A stretch of 64,000 nt of DNA. Origin: Schmidtea polychroa (taxonomy: Eukaryota). The stretch is from the NCBI GenBank assembly GCA_044892525.1, contig CM097885.1, positions 30,382,001 to 30,446,000 on the forward strand, given 5' to 3'. The notes under the pieces are model-generated. The model was not told the origin of the DNA and did no database searches. It worked only from the letters and a program-made list of their open reading frames with translations. Positions 1 to 11,976 of the stretch are shown in pieces. The first letter of the stretch is position 1, and each line of letters opens with the position of its first letter. Made by a program: the position numbers and the translations under genes.

Positions 1-292
1 TTATTACTTTGTTACAATTTTATGAAAACGTTATTACTGTTTTACAATTTGATGAAAAATGATATTACTTTGTGGGTTCATCACATTATTTTTATTAAAT
101 TATTATGAAAATGTTAAATAAGTCAACTTTAGCGTCAAAATGTGTTTTAAAATAAATTAATTTTTTCCTACCCTTCCTTGATTTTGATTGGTTAGAATTT
201 GTTCCTATGAACAATAATAATCTATAAACAATAATAATCTATAAACAATAATCAATCATTAGTCACATTTAACAAATAGTTAACCTTTAAAA

Positions 293-3200
293 ATGAATTC
301 TTTAATAGAAAACGTTATGAATGTCCGAGAAAAAATTCAGAAATTTGGTAAATTTTAATTTATTTATTAATTAATTTATTAATTAATTTAGATAATATTA
401 ATGAAGACAATTTAAAATCTAAGATTAAAGGAAATTTGAAAAGAAAAAGTAAACATAATTTTTAATTTATTGATTTAATTAATTAATAATTTAGGTAATA
501 CGAATAAAGAAAAAAATTATGTCAATGTGTCAATAAATCGAAATGAAAATTTACAATGTAAGTATTGATTACTTTTTATAATTTAAAGGAAATTTAATAT
601 AATTTTTTATTTAAGTAAATGTTAATATTTTTAATTTAGTAAATTTTTATTTTTTAGTAAATAAAATTTGTAAAATAATAATAATTTGCAAATTTTTGCG
701 TAAACATTTACTAAAATATTTCATTTAAATTATATTTTTTTTATTAAATTTTTATTTTATAGGTATACTTTACCCAAATTATTGTTCATCGAAAGAACAT
801 GATAATAATTGCCATTCTATAATGGAGAATTATTATACGAAAAAATATTATAATAAAACTTATTTTATATGTCCCGTATGTAAGACTAGTGACCCCGTAA
901 CATATAGCGTTTTTTATAATAAACATAAAAATCATTTAGATAGGTTTAATTTTAAAAAAGATAGTGTTTTTAAAAGACCCTCAACTATAGAAAAAAATAA
1001 TAAAAATAAAAAAATTAAATTAGATACTTCTTCTTTTGAATCCCAGGTCGGATTGCCTTTTGTGGAATCCAATGATGGATTGGTTGTCGAATCCCATGAT
1101 GGATTGGTTGTTGAATCCCAGGTTGGATTAGATAATATTTCCCTTGACTCTTGGGATGGATTAAATATAATACAAATAGGTGGAAATGTTCCAATAATAC
1201 AAAAAGATCTAAGAGGTACCCATCAAATATTAAGCTTAAATACAAGCGACTTAAATATAAAAGAAATAATATTTCCTGAACAACTAATAAAAAAATTACG
1301 AGATATTATTAACGAATTAGGCTCCGTCAAAATTCAATTCGGAATAACAATCGAATTTGAAAAAGACGGGGAAATAAAGGTTAATAATATCTCAAATTAT
1401 GCAAAGCCTTTAACTGCATCATTTTTTGATGAAGGCATTAAGGAATTAAATGAGAAAATTACTAATATTACTGAGTTAGGAAGCAGTTGGAATATAAAAA
1501 ATATCACTGAAATACATTTCACCATAACAAAAATAAGTAGGCTAAGTAGATTAAGTGGTAGGAGTTTCATTGAAACACCTACTTATCTAAAAAATAAATA
1601 TTGTTTAATTAATATAAAAAACACCGATGATTCATGTTTTTTATATAGCATTTTAGCTATTTTAAAATATGATGAGGTTAGTAGTTATGCTAGAAATAGG
1701 ACATCCAGTTATAATTTATCTGAATTAATATATAATCCATTGGACTTACCCATGAAATTAAAAGATATTAGAAAATTCGAGGCCAAAAATCCAGGCTTAA
1801 TAATTAACGTTTTTTCTTATGACAATAACAAACAATTAATAGATAATTACGTATTAAAACACCCACATTTAGATATTATACATCGTTCCAAAGTTTTAAA
1901 TGGAACTGTAATTAATTTACTATTATTAAATAAAGGAAACAATTTCCATTACGTTGCTATAAGTAATTTAAATAAGTTAATGAATTGTCATATCAACACT
2001 AGTTGTCCTACACGCATACGTTCATTATGGTGCCATCGGTGTTTGAATGGGTTTAATAATAAACACGCACTAGAAAAACATGAAATATTATGTAAACGTA
2101 ATCAATTAGGAACAACTCTTTACACCTTCCCTCAAAATAAATTATTACAGTTTACTGACTGGTCGAAAACAGTAACTCCTCCTTTTGTAGTTTATGCAGA
2201 TTTTGAGGCTATTTTACCTTCTGATAATGATCATTTCCAACGACACATGCCAATATCTGCTGGTCTTTTACTTGTAAATAACTTTGACGGATCTAAATCT
2301 TATCAGCAGTTCATAGGTTTAGATTGCGTCGAGAGTTTTTTAAGTGCTATAGAGGATATAGCATTAAATAAGGTTCTTCCTTTTTATTATAAAATGGATA
2401 GGAAACCTATGATGAAATTAACAAAAATTGAACAACGTCAATTTGTTAGTGCATCTGTTTGTTATCTTTGTATGAAATCTATCGTCGATCCTGTTAGAGA
2501 TCACGATCATTTTACGGGGAAATACTTGGGTGCAGCTTGTAGCACATGTAACGTAAATAGGAAAATAAATAAAATTTTGCCTATCGTATTTCACAACTTG
2601 AAGGGATACGATATGCACCATATACTTAAATATGGATTAAATAAATTTAAAAATTGGAATTTAGGGTGCATCCCAATAACTACGGAAAAATTTATATCTT
2701 TGATTGCGCATTTAGGTAAAATTAGCCTAAGATTCATTGATTCGTATCAATTTGTCAATGATTCTTTGGCTAAAGCAGTCAAAACTTTGAATTCTTTGCC
2801 TTTTACTAATTCTGCTTTTTCTGGCACCATAGTAAGTGAAAAAGGAATCTTCCCTTATAATTTCGCCACTTCTTTAGATATTCTCCAAACTACTTATGAA
2901 TTACCACCAATCTGGGAGGGTGTCACTGAGCTTGAGTATGAAAAAGCTCAGGAGATTTGGGTAGAAACTAATTGCGTAACTTTATTAGATTATATGATGA
3001 TCTACCTAAAACTTGATTGTTTTCTTTTGGCTGATTTCTTTCATCAGTTTCGGTTGAAATCCATTGCTCACAATAGATTGGAACCATTGAATTATTTCGG
3101 AATTCCAGGCATGTCTTGGTCTTCTGCATTAATGTCTTTAAATGAACCAATTGAACTCATAACTGAAAACGAAATGTTTAGCTTTTATGAGGGTGGAATA

Positions 3201-4634
3201 AGAGGCGGTCTTACTTTTGTGAATAAGCATTACGTAAAAACCGACGAGAACACTGAGTTACTATATATAGATATTAATAATCTTTATGGCTGGGCTTTAA
3301 GTCAATCATTACCTTGTGGCGAATTTTGTTGGGTTCTTGATGGATTTGATAAAATAATGGATGAATGTAGGAATTTAAATCTTGAATCTTTGTCTTATGG
3401 ATACACACTTGAAGTTGATCTTGTAATTCCTTCTGAGCTTCATGATAAGTTGGATGATTTCCCTGTAGCTGCTGAAAAAATGAAACCTGCTGGGTCTAAG
3501 GTTGAAAAATTATTATTAACTCATCTTCCAAAATCTAATTATGTTATTCATTGGAGATTATTAAAATTATATTTGGAACTTGGTGTTAAAGTAACACGTG
3601 TAAATAGGGGTGTAAGATTTAAGCAATCACCAATTTTTAAAAAATATATAGATACAAATACCGAATTAAGATCAAAAAGCGTAAATAGCTTAGATAAAAA
3701 TTATTATAAATTGCTAAATAATAGTTTATACGGCAAAACAGTTGAAAATTTAAAGAGAAGAATGAATCTTCGTCTTTGTACAACTGCCGGTAAATTAGTT
3801 AAATATTCGTCAAAACCGACTTTTAAAAAATCTATTAAAATAGCAGATAATTTAATTGCAGCACTATTGAATTCCGATTCTATATGTTTAGATAGACCGA
3901 GTTACATTGGTCAATCTGTACTTGATCTATCTAAACTTAGAATGTATGAATTGCAATATAAGGATCTGGAATCATTTCGCAATGAGTTTAATTGTAAAAT
4001 TAATATCGTTGCAGGTGATACAGATTCTTTTTTCCTCGAAGTCATTAACTGCAAACTTGAGGTTCTTTTACCTGCAATGGTTCGAGATAATTTATTGGAT
4101 ACTTCCAATTACAATAGTTGTCATTCCTTATATAGTAAGAACCTTGATTCAGTCATTGGAAAGTTCAAAGACGAGAATAAAGGTCTTAAATATAAGGAGT
4201 GGGTTTTTCTTAGACCTAAATGTTATAGCTTGTTGGGTGATGAGGAAACAAAAAAGGCTAAAGGTGTAACATTGAAAGGTAGTGACATAAAACATCAGTC
4301 ATACCTGGATTGTTATAACACTAACCAGATTTTTTCGGTTCCTCAGACTAAAATAACAAGCAAAAATCATCAAATTTTTACAATTAAAAACACAAAAATA
4401 GCACTAACTAACAAAGATGACAAAAGGGTTTGGGTGGGGCAAAATACTAGTCTTGCATATGGGCATGTAAGATTAAGTGAATTAAATATTGGAGAAAATG
4501 TTGGAGAAATTGTTGCAGAAAATGTTTCAGAAAATGTTGGAGAAAATGATGGAGAAGATGAGGAAGAATTAAATGAAGATTTTGGAGAAGATGACATCGA
4601 TATCGATGACGTTATTTTGTCCGATGAGGACTAA
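293..4634 (+). CDS. Polinton/Maverick-type protein-primed DNA polymerase B (pPolB) with N-terminal zinc finger, OTU-like protease region and HNH/EndoVII insert; predicted spliced, ~1348 aa
   Basis: ORF 822-4634 has ExoI YADFE, EndoVII-like CYLC..VRDHDHFTGKYLGAACSTCN, pol motifs YIDINNLYG, KLLNNSLYGK and AGDTDS, and NTDDSCFLYSIL...FHYVAI. Manual splicing of exons 293-347, 392-448, 495-557 and 763-4634 (GT-AG, all phase 1) keeps the frame open from ATG 293. The family call is strong; the 5' exons are less certain. Confidence 0.92.
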
Positions 4635-4821
4635 TTTTATTGAATAAATTTTATATCTTTACATTTGTTATTTGGTAAATTTTTATGTTTGTTATGTGTC
4701 TAGTTCATTTTTATGTGTTTAGTTAATGTTTATATGTTTTGTTATGTGTCTAGTTATTTTTATGTGTTTAGTTAATTTTTTATGTGTTGTATAGTATTTG
4801 GTTGATATATTATTAATATTA

Positions 4822-4825
<4 letters not shown>

Positions 4826-4883
<58 letters not shown>
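4826..4883. repeat. (TTA)n microsatellite
   Basis: Directly visible. Confidence 0.95.
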
Positions 4884-4884
4884 T

Positions 4885-6010
4885 CATAAAAATTTTCATT
4901 AAAAATTATCTTAAAAATTATTCTATTAAAATTTCCATTAAAAATTACCATTGAAAATTATTCATAAAAATTTCTATTAAAAATTACTTAAAAAATAATT
5001 CATTAAAATTTCCATTAAAAAATTTCAATTCTCAAACACCTTCTATTTTTGTTAATAAATTTAAAAATCTTACTTTAATTTACTTATTACATTACTTTAA
5101 TTTACTTATTTAAAAATTATTACTTTAATTTACTTATTTAACTTTAATTTAAATTTTTTTTTACCATTGATTATTTAATTTTAAAATTTGGACCTTAATT
5201 AACTTTAATTTAATTTTTAGAACCATAATTTACTTTAATTTTAAAATTTTTGACCATTATTTACTGTAATTTAATTTTTAGAACCATTATTTACTGTAAT
5301 TTAAAATATTTGGACCATTATTTACTTTAATTTAATTTTTTAGAACCATTATTTACTTTAATTTAAAAATTTGGATCATAATTTACTTTAATTTAAATTT
5401 TTGGACTGTAATTCAAAAATTTTGACCATAATTTACTTTAATTTAATTTTTAAGAACCATAATTTACTTTAATTTAATTTTTAAGAACCATTATTTACTT
5501 TAATTGAAAAATCTTAGCCCATAATTTACTTATTTAGACCATAATTTACTTTATTTCAAAAATAAATCTGAACCTTGATTTACTTAAATTTTTAGACCCA
5601 TCATTTACTTTATTTTTAAATTTTAGACCCATAATTTACTTTATTTTAAAAATTTACTATGCGTTTTTTAATGTAAACCACCTTTTCTATTGAAATTCTC
5701 ATGACCAAGAAGATCCCCTCACTATAGTGTGAAAAATCCATGCTTTTTTATTGAAGACTACCTTTTTCTATTGAAATTCTCAGGACCAAGGAGACCCACC
5801 CAAATAATATTTATCCTTGGCTTGTTTATTGAAAAAAAAAAAAAAAAAAAAAAAATTTGTATTTAAAATCCCAGAAAACATTGGGCATTACGGCAACAAT
5901 TATGTAATCAAAAAATGTCTACGGAAAAAGTTATGCAATCAAAAGTTTGCAACATTTTTTACCCCCCCCCCCTATTGCTGCCGCGGGCCACTAACTCCCT
6001 ACTATTATTA
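4885..6010. mobile_element. Probable right terminal/subterminal region of the Polinton carrying pPolB 293-4634
   Basis: Array of ~28-30 bp degenerate repeats (gaaccataatttactttaatttaa) at ~5180-5655 and a duplicated ~35-bp unit at 5680-5795. The end reads TAATAATAGTAGGGAG on the minus strand, resembling an AGT-repeat Polinton terminus. The partner TIR is not in the window. Confidence 0.55.
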
Positions 6011-7279
6011 ATTATAGAGCGTGTTTGCTATGGTAACATTTCAAACTTGCCTGTTTCATTTTTTTTTTCACACAGTTAAGTTGGTGGAATGCTTGAAGTA
6101 TTAATTTATTAGATTTTTAAAGATTATAGGAAATGTAAAATTTTGAAACAGGTATGATGACAGAAATTCCCGCCCAGATCCAATCTCAGCTTTTATGATT
6201 GTATGTCCGGATATCGACGGTCGATACAGCGACAGATTTTGTGTCGGTTTTATCCAATTTTAAATGCACATTTTATCAAATTTTAATGAACTCATTTTGT
6301 TTATTCAATTTTAAGTCTTAGGTTACAAAATTTTATTTTATTTGTTTGCTATCATTTTTTTTTTCTATTATTATTAAATTTTAATTTTATTAATTAATTT
6401 ATTTTTTTTTTCGTTTAGCCTTTCTCATTATTTTTGGTACTTCGAGGACGAAAGTAAGGTTTTCATTGTAAATATTTATTAATAGCAATTATTAAATTAT
6501 TTTAATGTACCGCGTTCATCTCTCCCTCCTTATTAGTAGGTCATTCCTGTCCCTGCATCTGCATTCTCAACAATACGATTTCAGCTTCGAATTGGAACAA
6601 GAGAATTTCCATCCTTTCCAGCTTTCTTTTACAAATCATATCCTCTATTTTCAAGTCGTCAATTTTCCTCTCCATTGCTTCCATGTTTCTTCTCATTTCT
6701 TTCATTGAGTTTCGACACTCTTTGATTGACTCTTCTTCTTGGGCTTCCTGAAGTTAAATATAATTAAAGTTTTCTTAAACACTCTTTATCGCGCAAGGCC
6801 AAGCACATCATAGCGAAGTCCGACCAAACAAAGTAACAAATCTACATTCATATAACCATGCTAATTTTATAAAATTTGTTTACACGCATGTAATTTTATA
6901 ATAGTTTTTATACAGTGGTTTTGATCACATTGAAAGATTCGAGTCGTAAGTCATCTATAGTATGCTGTCTATTTCCACACAAAATGATTGTTATTACTCT
7001 TAACCTAAGCGATAGTATGAGGAATGCTGTCAGTATGATGTATATCAAACATTCACAGATGATTAAAGTTTGACCAATCTCAATTTGAGTTCCATTTATT
7101 TATTACACGATTGTTACATTGATATTGACTTGTAGAAATTGGACGTGTGGTGGTTATGTCGGGTTTCAGCTTTGGCACCATTTTTGTCTCCACTAAAGTT
7201 GTTTGCCATCGATATGGCTCGAATATCCGTTGTTGGTATTTAATTTTTATCAGGTAATCATATTCTAAATTAGGAGTAA

Positions 7280-7400
7280 TAAATGAAAAATAACTTTTAC
7301 CGGCATCCAACAAAACGATAATTTTTTTCCCATTACTGATAATGATTCTTTTGTCGATTTCAGAATTTTGATATGCTATTGCTAATTTATTTTGAACTGT
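7280..7400 (-). pseudogene. Retropepsin (aspartic protease) remnant of element A
   Basis: RIIISNGKKIIVLLDAGKSYFS resembles the (I/V)xxLLDTGA protease motif and lies at the expected position. Confidence 0.55.
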
Positions 7401-7436
7401 AAAAACTACTCGATTTGACTCGTTTTTCCAATGGTT

Positions 7437-9380
7437 TTACAATGACCATTTATTTTCTATCACTTTCTCATTGTTATATAATTCATTTGTTTTTACTTTA
7501 ACTCTAATTTGATTGTTGAATTTTTCAGGAGTGTATGTCTCGTTTTGTTTATTCCTCCACGGGGGCTTGAAATTTGCCTTTAGCTCTCGTGCCACGTAAG
7601 TATTTTTGTCATAATTCGGTGTGAATGGCTCTCGTAAGTTATTACTCTCTATTTGTTTTGTTGTAATTAACACTTTATTACTATAACTGTTTAAAGTTTT
7701 ATTTTTGGTAAATTGAAGTTTCGTGTCCCTTTTTGCTTCATTTTGTTTTATAAAAATATCCTGATATTTCTTTACCCAATCTTTGAAATATTTCCTCTGC
7801 TTTTCTTTCAGATCAGTACTCACAATTTTATATTCTTTATAAATTTTTACATTTCTGGGAATTTTCTTTTTAATTTGAAAATAATTATATACTACCAATA
7901 ACGTTTTATTGTTGATGATTCCTAAAATTACAAAAACAAACATCGTCAACCATGTATATATCATTTTTGCCTTTTTACACTCATACACCCTTTTTGAATT
8001 CCTCGGTTTTAGTACCAAATTTTTCCATCCACCATTATATTTTATCCAGTTTGTCAAATATGTATTTGCCACTTTGGTGGCTTTTTCGATCAACTTTTCC
8101 ATTTTTTCCGAATCCAAACAACCATGTGTGCCAATTTTCAAGACAATACAAGCTAGAACCGTCAATACTACGTCTCTGTTCAAACCTTTATTAATTAACT
8201 TCTTGATTACTGTTTCATCACAAAATACATTTCCTTTAACGCTATGTTGAAGTATGATTGGAAATCTCCTTTTCAGCTGTTTCGCAAGTTGTTGCATAAA
8301 TTCATTTTCATATACATTCTCTTCATTTAGTGCATATATTTCCATTACCAACCTTTTTAAAATCACTTTTGTTTCAATAAAATCATTTAAATCTGTTTTT
8401 ACATCGCTTAAATCGTCTTTTTCTGTTAACTCACACTTTTTCCGGTTATGGTTATTTGATTTATCAGTATTACCAATTTCAACAAACTTCAATTCGCATT
8501 TTATTTCTTCCGTTTTTATCGGCTTGTCATTCATATTATCAATTTCTTGACTTGCTGCATCCGTTTCATTTACATCAGTTACATTTCCATTTCGCACTTC
8601 ATGTAAAATTTTGTTTTTTGACTCAAAACCTTTCAACTCAGCTTCATTTAGCTCCTCAGATAATTCAGTTTTAATTACTCTAATCTCATCATCTTCCTCT
8701 TTTACGATTTTAGGCCAGTGAGTTACAATAACCCTGTTTTCAAACATGTCATCCTTTGGCTTTGTTGCATAAACATTACTTATGTCATTTGGATTAAATC
8801 CGCAATTACCTAAATTTTCGTCATCGTCCAACACTATTCCTTTGTAAGTCAGTACAATAATCTCATTATTTTCCATTGTTTCTGCAGCTTTTTGTCGTAA
8901 TTTTGACACCTTAACGCTCCAGTGCTCTTGAAAGTATTCAACTTTTTCATCAATATTTAGAGCTATCATTAATGATTTCGAATTACACTCCGGTTCTCTG
9001 TAATCATATTTTAATTTCCGTAGAGTTTCCTTTAATCTGGTTTGATATTTCGTTTCTTTATGAATATGCAGCAAAATACATTCGAACAGCTTCTCTTTAT
9101 CTTTTCCATTCATTTTTGAACTCATCACTAATTCAAGACATTTATTGATCTCGTCCTCATCTCCGATATATAACATGTCTCGCAAATTCCTTAAAGTTTC
9201 GTTCCAATTTTTAAAATCTGAATTTGAATGATTAAAAGTATCCAAAATATTTACCTCATTTTTTAATCCAGGGATTAAACCACAATCTACCAAGTATTCC
9301 TCATCCCTCAGTTGTCCCATTTGCCGTTGTGTCAATTTCACGCTGCCTTTATTGTATTTAGCCAGAATAAGCATTGTCAA
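7437..9380 (-). CDS. Retrotransposon cargo ORF (647 aa) with ubiquitin-like segment and Bcl-2-family domain plus transmembrane helix
   Basis: Ubl-like VSKLRQK..LTYKGIVLDDDENLGNCGF; BH3-like MQQLAKQLKRRF; BH1-like KLINKGLNRDVVLTVL; BH2-like LTNWIKYNGGWKNL; hydrophobic IYTWLTMFVFVILGII. Confidence 0.7.
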   Translation of the reverse strand: MTMLILAKYNKGSVKLTQRQMGQLRDEEYLVDCGLIPGLKNEVNILDTFNHSNSDFKNWNETLRNLRDMLYIGDEDEINKCLELVMSSKMNGKDKEKLFECILLHIHKETKYQTRLKETLRKLKYDYREPECNSKSLMIALNIDEKVEYFQEHWSVKVSKLRQKAAETMENNEIIVLTYKGIVLDDDENLGNCGFNPNDISNVYATKPKDDMFENRVIVTHWPKIVKEEDDEIRVIKTELSEELNEAELKGFESKNKILHEVRNGNVTDVNETDAASQEIDNMNDKPIKTEEIKCELKFVEIGNTDKSNNHNRKKCELTEKDDLSDVKTDLNDFIETKVILKRLVMEIYALNEENVYENEFMQQLAKQLKRRFPIILQHSVKGNVFCDETVIKKLINKGLNRDVVLTVLACIVLKIGTHGCLDSEKMEKLIEKATKVANTYLTNWIKYNGGWKNLVLKPRNSKRVYECKKAKMIYTWLTMFVFVILGIINNKTLLVVYNYFQIKKKIPRNVKIYKEYKIVSTDLKEKQRKYFKDWVKKYQDIFIKQNEAKRDTKLQFTKNKTLNSYSNKVLITTKQIESNNLREPFTPNYDKNTYVARELKANFKPPWRNKQNETYTPEKFNNQIRVKVKTNELYNNEKVIENKWSL

Positions 9381-10666
9381 ATCTTTATTTGTCCATAAGG
9401 ATTGATAGAAAATTGAGCTTTAATACCATTGATGTCTGTGGTCTCCACGATAATATTATCCAAATCGTTTATGGATCTTAATGCTTTTCCAAATGTTCTC
9501 ATTAATTTTGCAATTTCCTCATCTTGGAGTATGCTGTAAAGCTTAGAACATAAGTTCAATGCACTTTTCAATTTCTTATGACTAAGTTGGATCTGACTTA
9601 ACTCTGTAACCAACTCTTTCAATCTTGGATTGTTTGTTTCCATATTTTCGAGCCATCTTTCCATTTTATTTAATGACAACGTAGCCTTTTCGTTCAACAA
9701 GTCATTTTTTACTTTATTAGCAAAGTTTTCCGAAATATTTTCGTACGCCATATAAGAGTCTGCTTCATCATCAAATTCAATTTTCGACATCAACTTGTCT
9801 AATTTTTTCCTCATTTCTCGAACTTCATTTTCCATCTTTTCTTTAAAGTCGTCATTTTGAGCATAAGCTACATTGGCATTGATTGATTCATCTTGAAATT
9901 TACTTGATTTCTTGGGATATCTAGAAGGTGATATAGTTCTTGAAAAACAATTTCTGCTAATGTGACCCATTTTTCCACATCGATAACATTCAATGTCACC
10001 ATTGTTTGGCTTGTTTTCAGTAAGTCTTCCTTTGGGACTCATATTTCTACCATTTCTGAGCCAACATTGATTTGAATAATGTCCAGGCTTCTTGCAAAAC
10101 TCGCATACAATATTATTCGATATCTCGTTTATTTGATTGCTGTTTGGTTGGATTGGTTCTTTTGATTCCCATTGATTCTTTACTGGAGTTATCGACCTTT
10201 CTTCTTTCTCAATATTTGCGGCAAATACTTCAGATTTTCTGGTACTTTTTAAATTCAATTCAATTTTCCTTGCTTTCTTCACGAGTTCATCTAAATTCGA
10301 AAAATCCACGTAGCATAGTGTTTTTTTTATTTCAGGATGGGCTCCAGTTATAAATTGATCTTCTAGCAATTCTTTGACTTGTTTCACCATCTCCACTTGT
10401 TCAGGTTTTGCTTCGAAGGCCTTGTCTGCTAAAGTCGTTAAATTGTATGCGAATTCACTTACCGATTCATTTGGATTTTGTACTCTGGCATAAAATTTTT
10501 GTCGCATTATCCTTTTAATATCGCCTCCCACCAATTTCATTGCCATAGCGTCTTTGAGTTTGGCCCAATCATTTCCAACTGTCTTTCTATCTACTTGTGG
10601 CCAAGCTTCTCTCGCAGCTCCTTTAAATAGAGTGGGAATCTTTGTACCATTATTGATTGTGACCAC
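9377..10666 (-). CDS. gag: Gag of element A (5' part probably frameshifted, true start near 10798)
   Basis: RVQNPNESVSEFAYNL and DQFITG capsid motifs; CEFCKKPGHYSNQC and CYRCGKMGHISRNC zinc knuckles. Confidence 0.9.
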   Translation of the reverse strand: MVTINNGTKIPTLFKGAAREAWPQVDRKTVGNDWAKLKDAMAMKLVGGDIKRIMRQKFYARVQNPNESVSEFAYNLTTLADKAFEAKPEQVEMVKQVKELLEDQFITGAHPEIKKTLCYVDFSNLDELVKKARKIELNLKSTRKSEVFAANIEKEERSITPVKNQWESKEPIQPNSNQINEISNNIVCEFCKKPGHYSNQCWLRNGRNMSPKGRLTENKPNNGDIECYRCGKMGHISRNCFSRTISPSRYPKKSSKFQDESINANVAYAQNDDFKEKMENEVREMRKKLDKLMSKIEFDDEADSYMAYENISENFANKVKNDLLNEKATLSLNKMERWLENMETNNPRLKELVTELSQIQLSHKKLKSALNLCSKLYSILQDEEIAKLMRTFGKALRSINDLDNIIVETTDINGIKAQFSINPYGQIKI

Positions 10667-10958
10667 CCATAGGCCGAAACGTACATATAATAATCGCCCA
10701 TGAAATCAGCAAACTCAACCGGGTCTCATCCATACTGATTCACCGGTAATTTTTGACAACTGACAAAGTCTATCATCTCAGCGTTCTCTCTGGCCATCTT
10801 TATTTTTCGGTTTCTCAAATTGTATTCACTCACTGCTAAATATTAAAATTAATAATCAATAATTACTACCTCTTCCAATTTCCAATTATTTTCAATTTTC
10901 TTAATACTTTAATTTTCTTCACCTCTTTCACCCTTCAATATTCGCCCACCAACGTTTT

Positions 10959-10976
10959 ATCACGTCGGGCTCACCA
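10959..10976 (-). promoter_or_regulatory. Primer-binding site, tRNA-Trp type
   Basis: Minus strand TGGTGAGCCCGACGTGAT, 7 nt downstream of the LTR end; near-match to the tRNA-Trp 3' complement TGGTGACCCCGACGTGAT. Confidence 0.8.
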
Positions 10977-10983
10977 AAATATA

Positions 10984-11976
10984 TGTTGGGTTTTATGATA
11001 TCAAGATCAACCGTTGGTTACTCTGACTCCACGTGTTCCAAAATCAATAAACACAAACTCCCAACGTATATTTGTTTTATAACAATTCACAACTCTCAAC
11101 AATTAATCACACTATTGGTTAATCACAATTCTTACACAATTTAAGATCGAACTCCGCTCTGGAAGGTCTCGGCCTTGTACGATTTAAAAAAAATTGGTTT
11201 CACCTTTTGCTTGATTCCGCTCTCTGATCCGAACTCTTTTAATATTCCTTTCTGACTCCCAAATTCCTCTTATAATTCCTTTTTCCTTTTATTTTATTCC
11301 TCGAACTCCTATCGTCTGTTTCTTCGTGTCCCTACCTAAGGCTATCGCCAATTATGTGAATTTTGAGTTTCCTTATATACTCCCATAATCGTTGTAATTG
11401 CCCCGTTTTTGACCTAATTGATTTTGACTTCTTCCGCTATCATTCCCTAATTGACTATTTTTGTTGACCCTCTTCGTAATTCCCCGTCTTTTGTTTACCC
11501 TCGTTTATCCGGTTGTTTGGATAATTGCCCTCTGAATTCCTCGTTTGTTTACCCTTCCAAATTGCCGTGCTCGGGTTTTCTTCATCGCTCGGGTTCTCCA
11601 TTGGCTCGGGCTTCCCATTAGCTCGGGTTTCCCATTAGCCAATTAATTAATTAATTAATATTTTACGTTTTTCCACATTTGTCTGTTTTACGACCCTTTC
11701 TACACATTTTCTAACAATTTCTTGCTCACTGTCTTCTTCACCATCCCTTAATCTACCCCTCTCCCGTTTTCCAGCTTCAATTTCGATAACTTCTCACTTT
11801 ATTCCACTTCCTCCGGTTTGCGCATTTTCCCATTTCATCTCTGATTGTACCCTTTTATAGTTCTGTTTTTATCATATCTTTCTTTGCCATTGCTTCTCTG
11901 CTTGACCGCCATTCAATTTCGGCTTTCCTTTTAATCTGAACTATATAATTTAATAATTTATTTTCAAACCTCAACA
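10984..11976 (-). repeat. LTR of element A (993 bp)
   Basis: TGTTG...CAACA termini; PBS on one side and polypurine tract (PPT) AAGGGGGGAGATA on the other; 11732-11976 is repeated at 13570-13814. Confidence 0.85.

Larger units (their letters stand above)
7080..11976 (-). mobile_element. Ty3/Gypsy LTR retrotransposon A, 3'-truncated: LTR, primer-binding site (PBS), gag, cargo ORF, protease remnant
   Basis: LTR 10984-11976, tRNA-Trp-type PBS, gag with two CCHC knuckles, protease-like IIVLLDAG near 7300-7325; no RT or integrase follows. Confidence 0.85.

Noticed and set aside
5180..5655. Regularly spaced ~29-bp repeats resembling a CRISPR array
   Set aside because: Head-to-tail degenerate units without unique spacers, no cas genes, eukaryotic context
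7713..8674. Plus-strand hydrophobic ORFs here and at 10072, 50622-53435 and 53790-57307
   Set aside because: Antisense shadows of A-rich retroelement strands, with Phe/Leu/Ser-rich compositional artefacts
9190..9340. Possible death-effector-like domain at the start of the 647-aa ORF
   Set aside because: Only a vague helical pattern; not called without HMM or structure evidence
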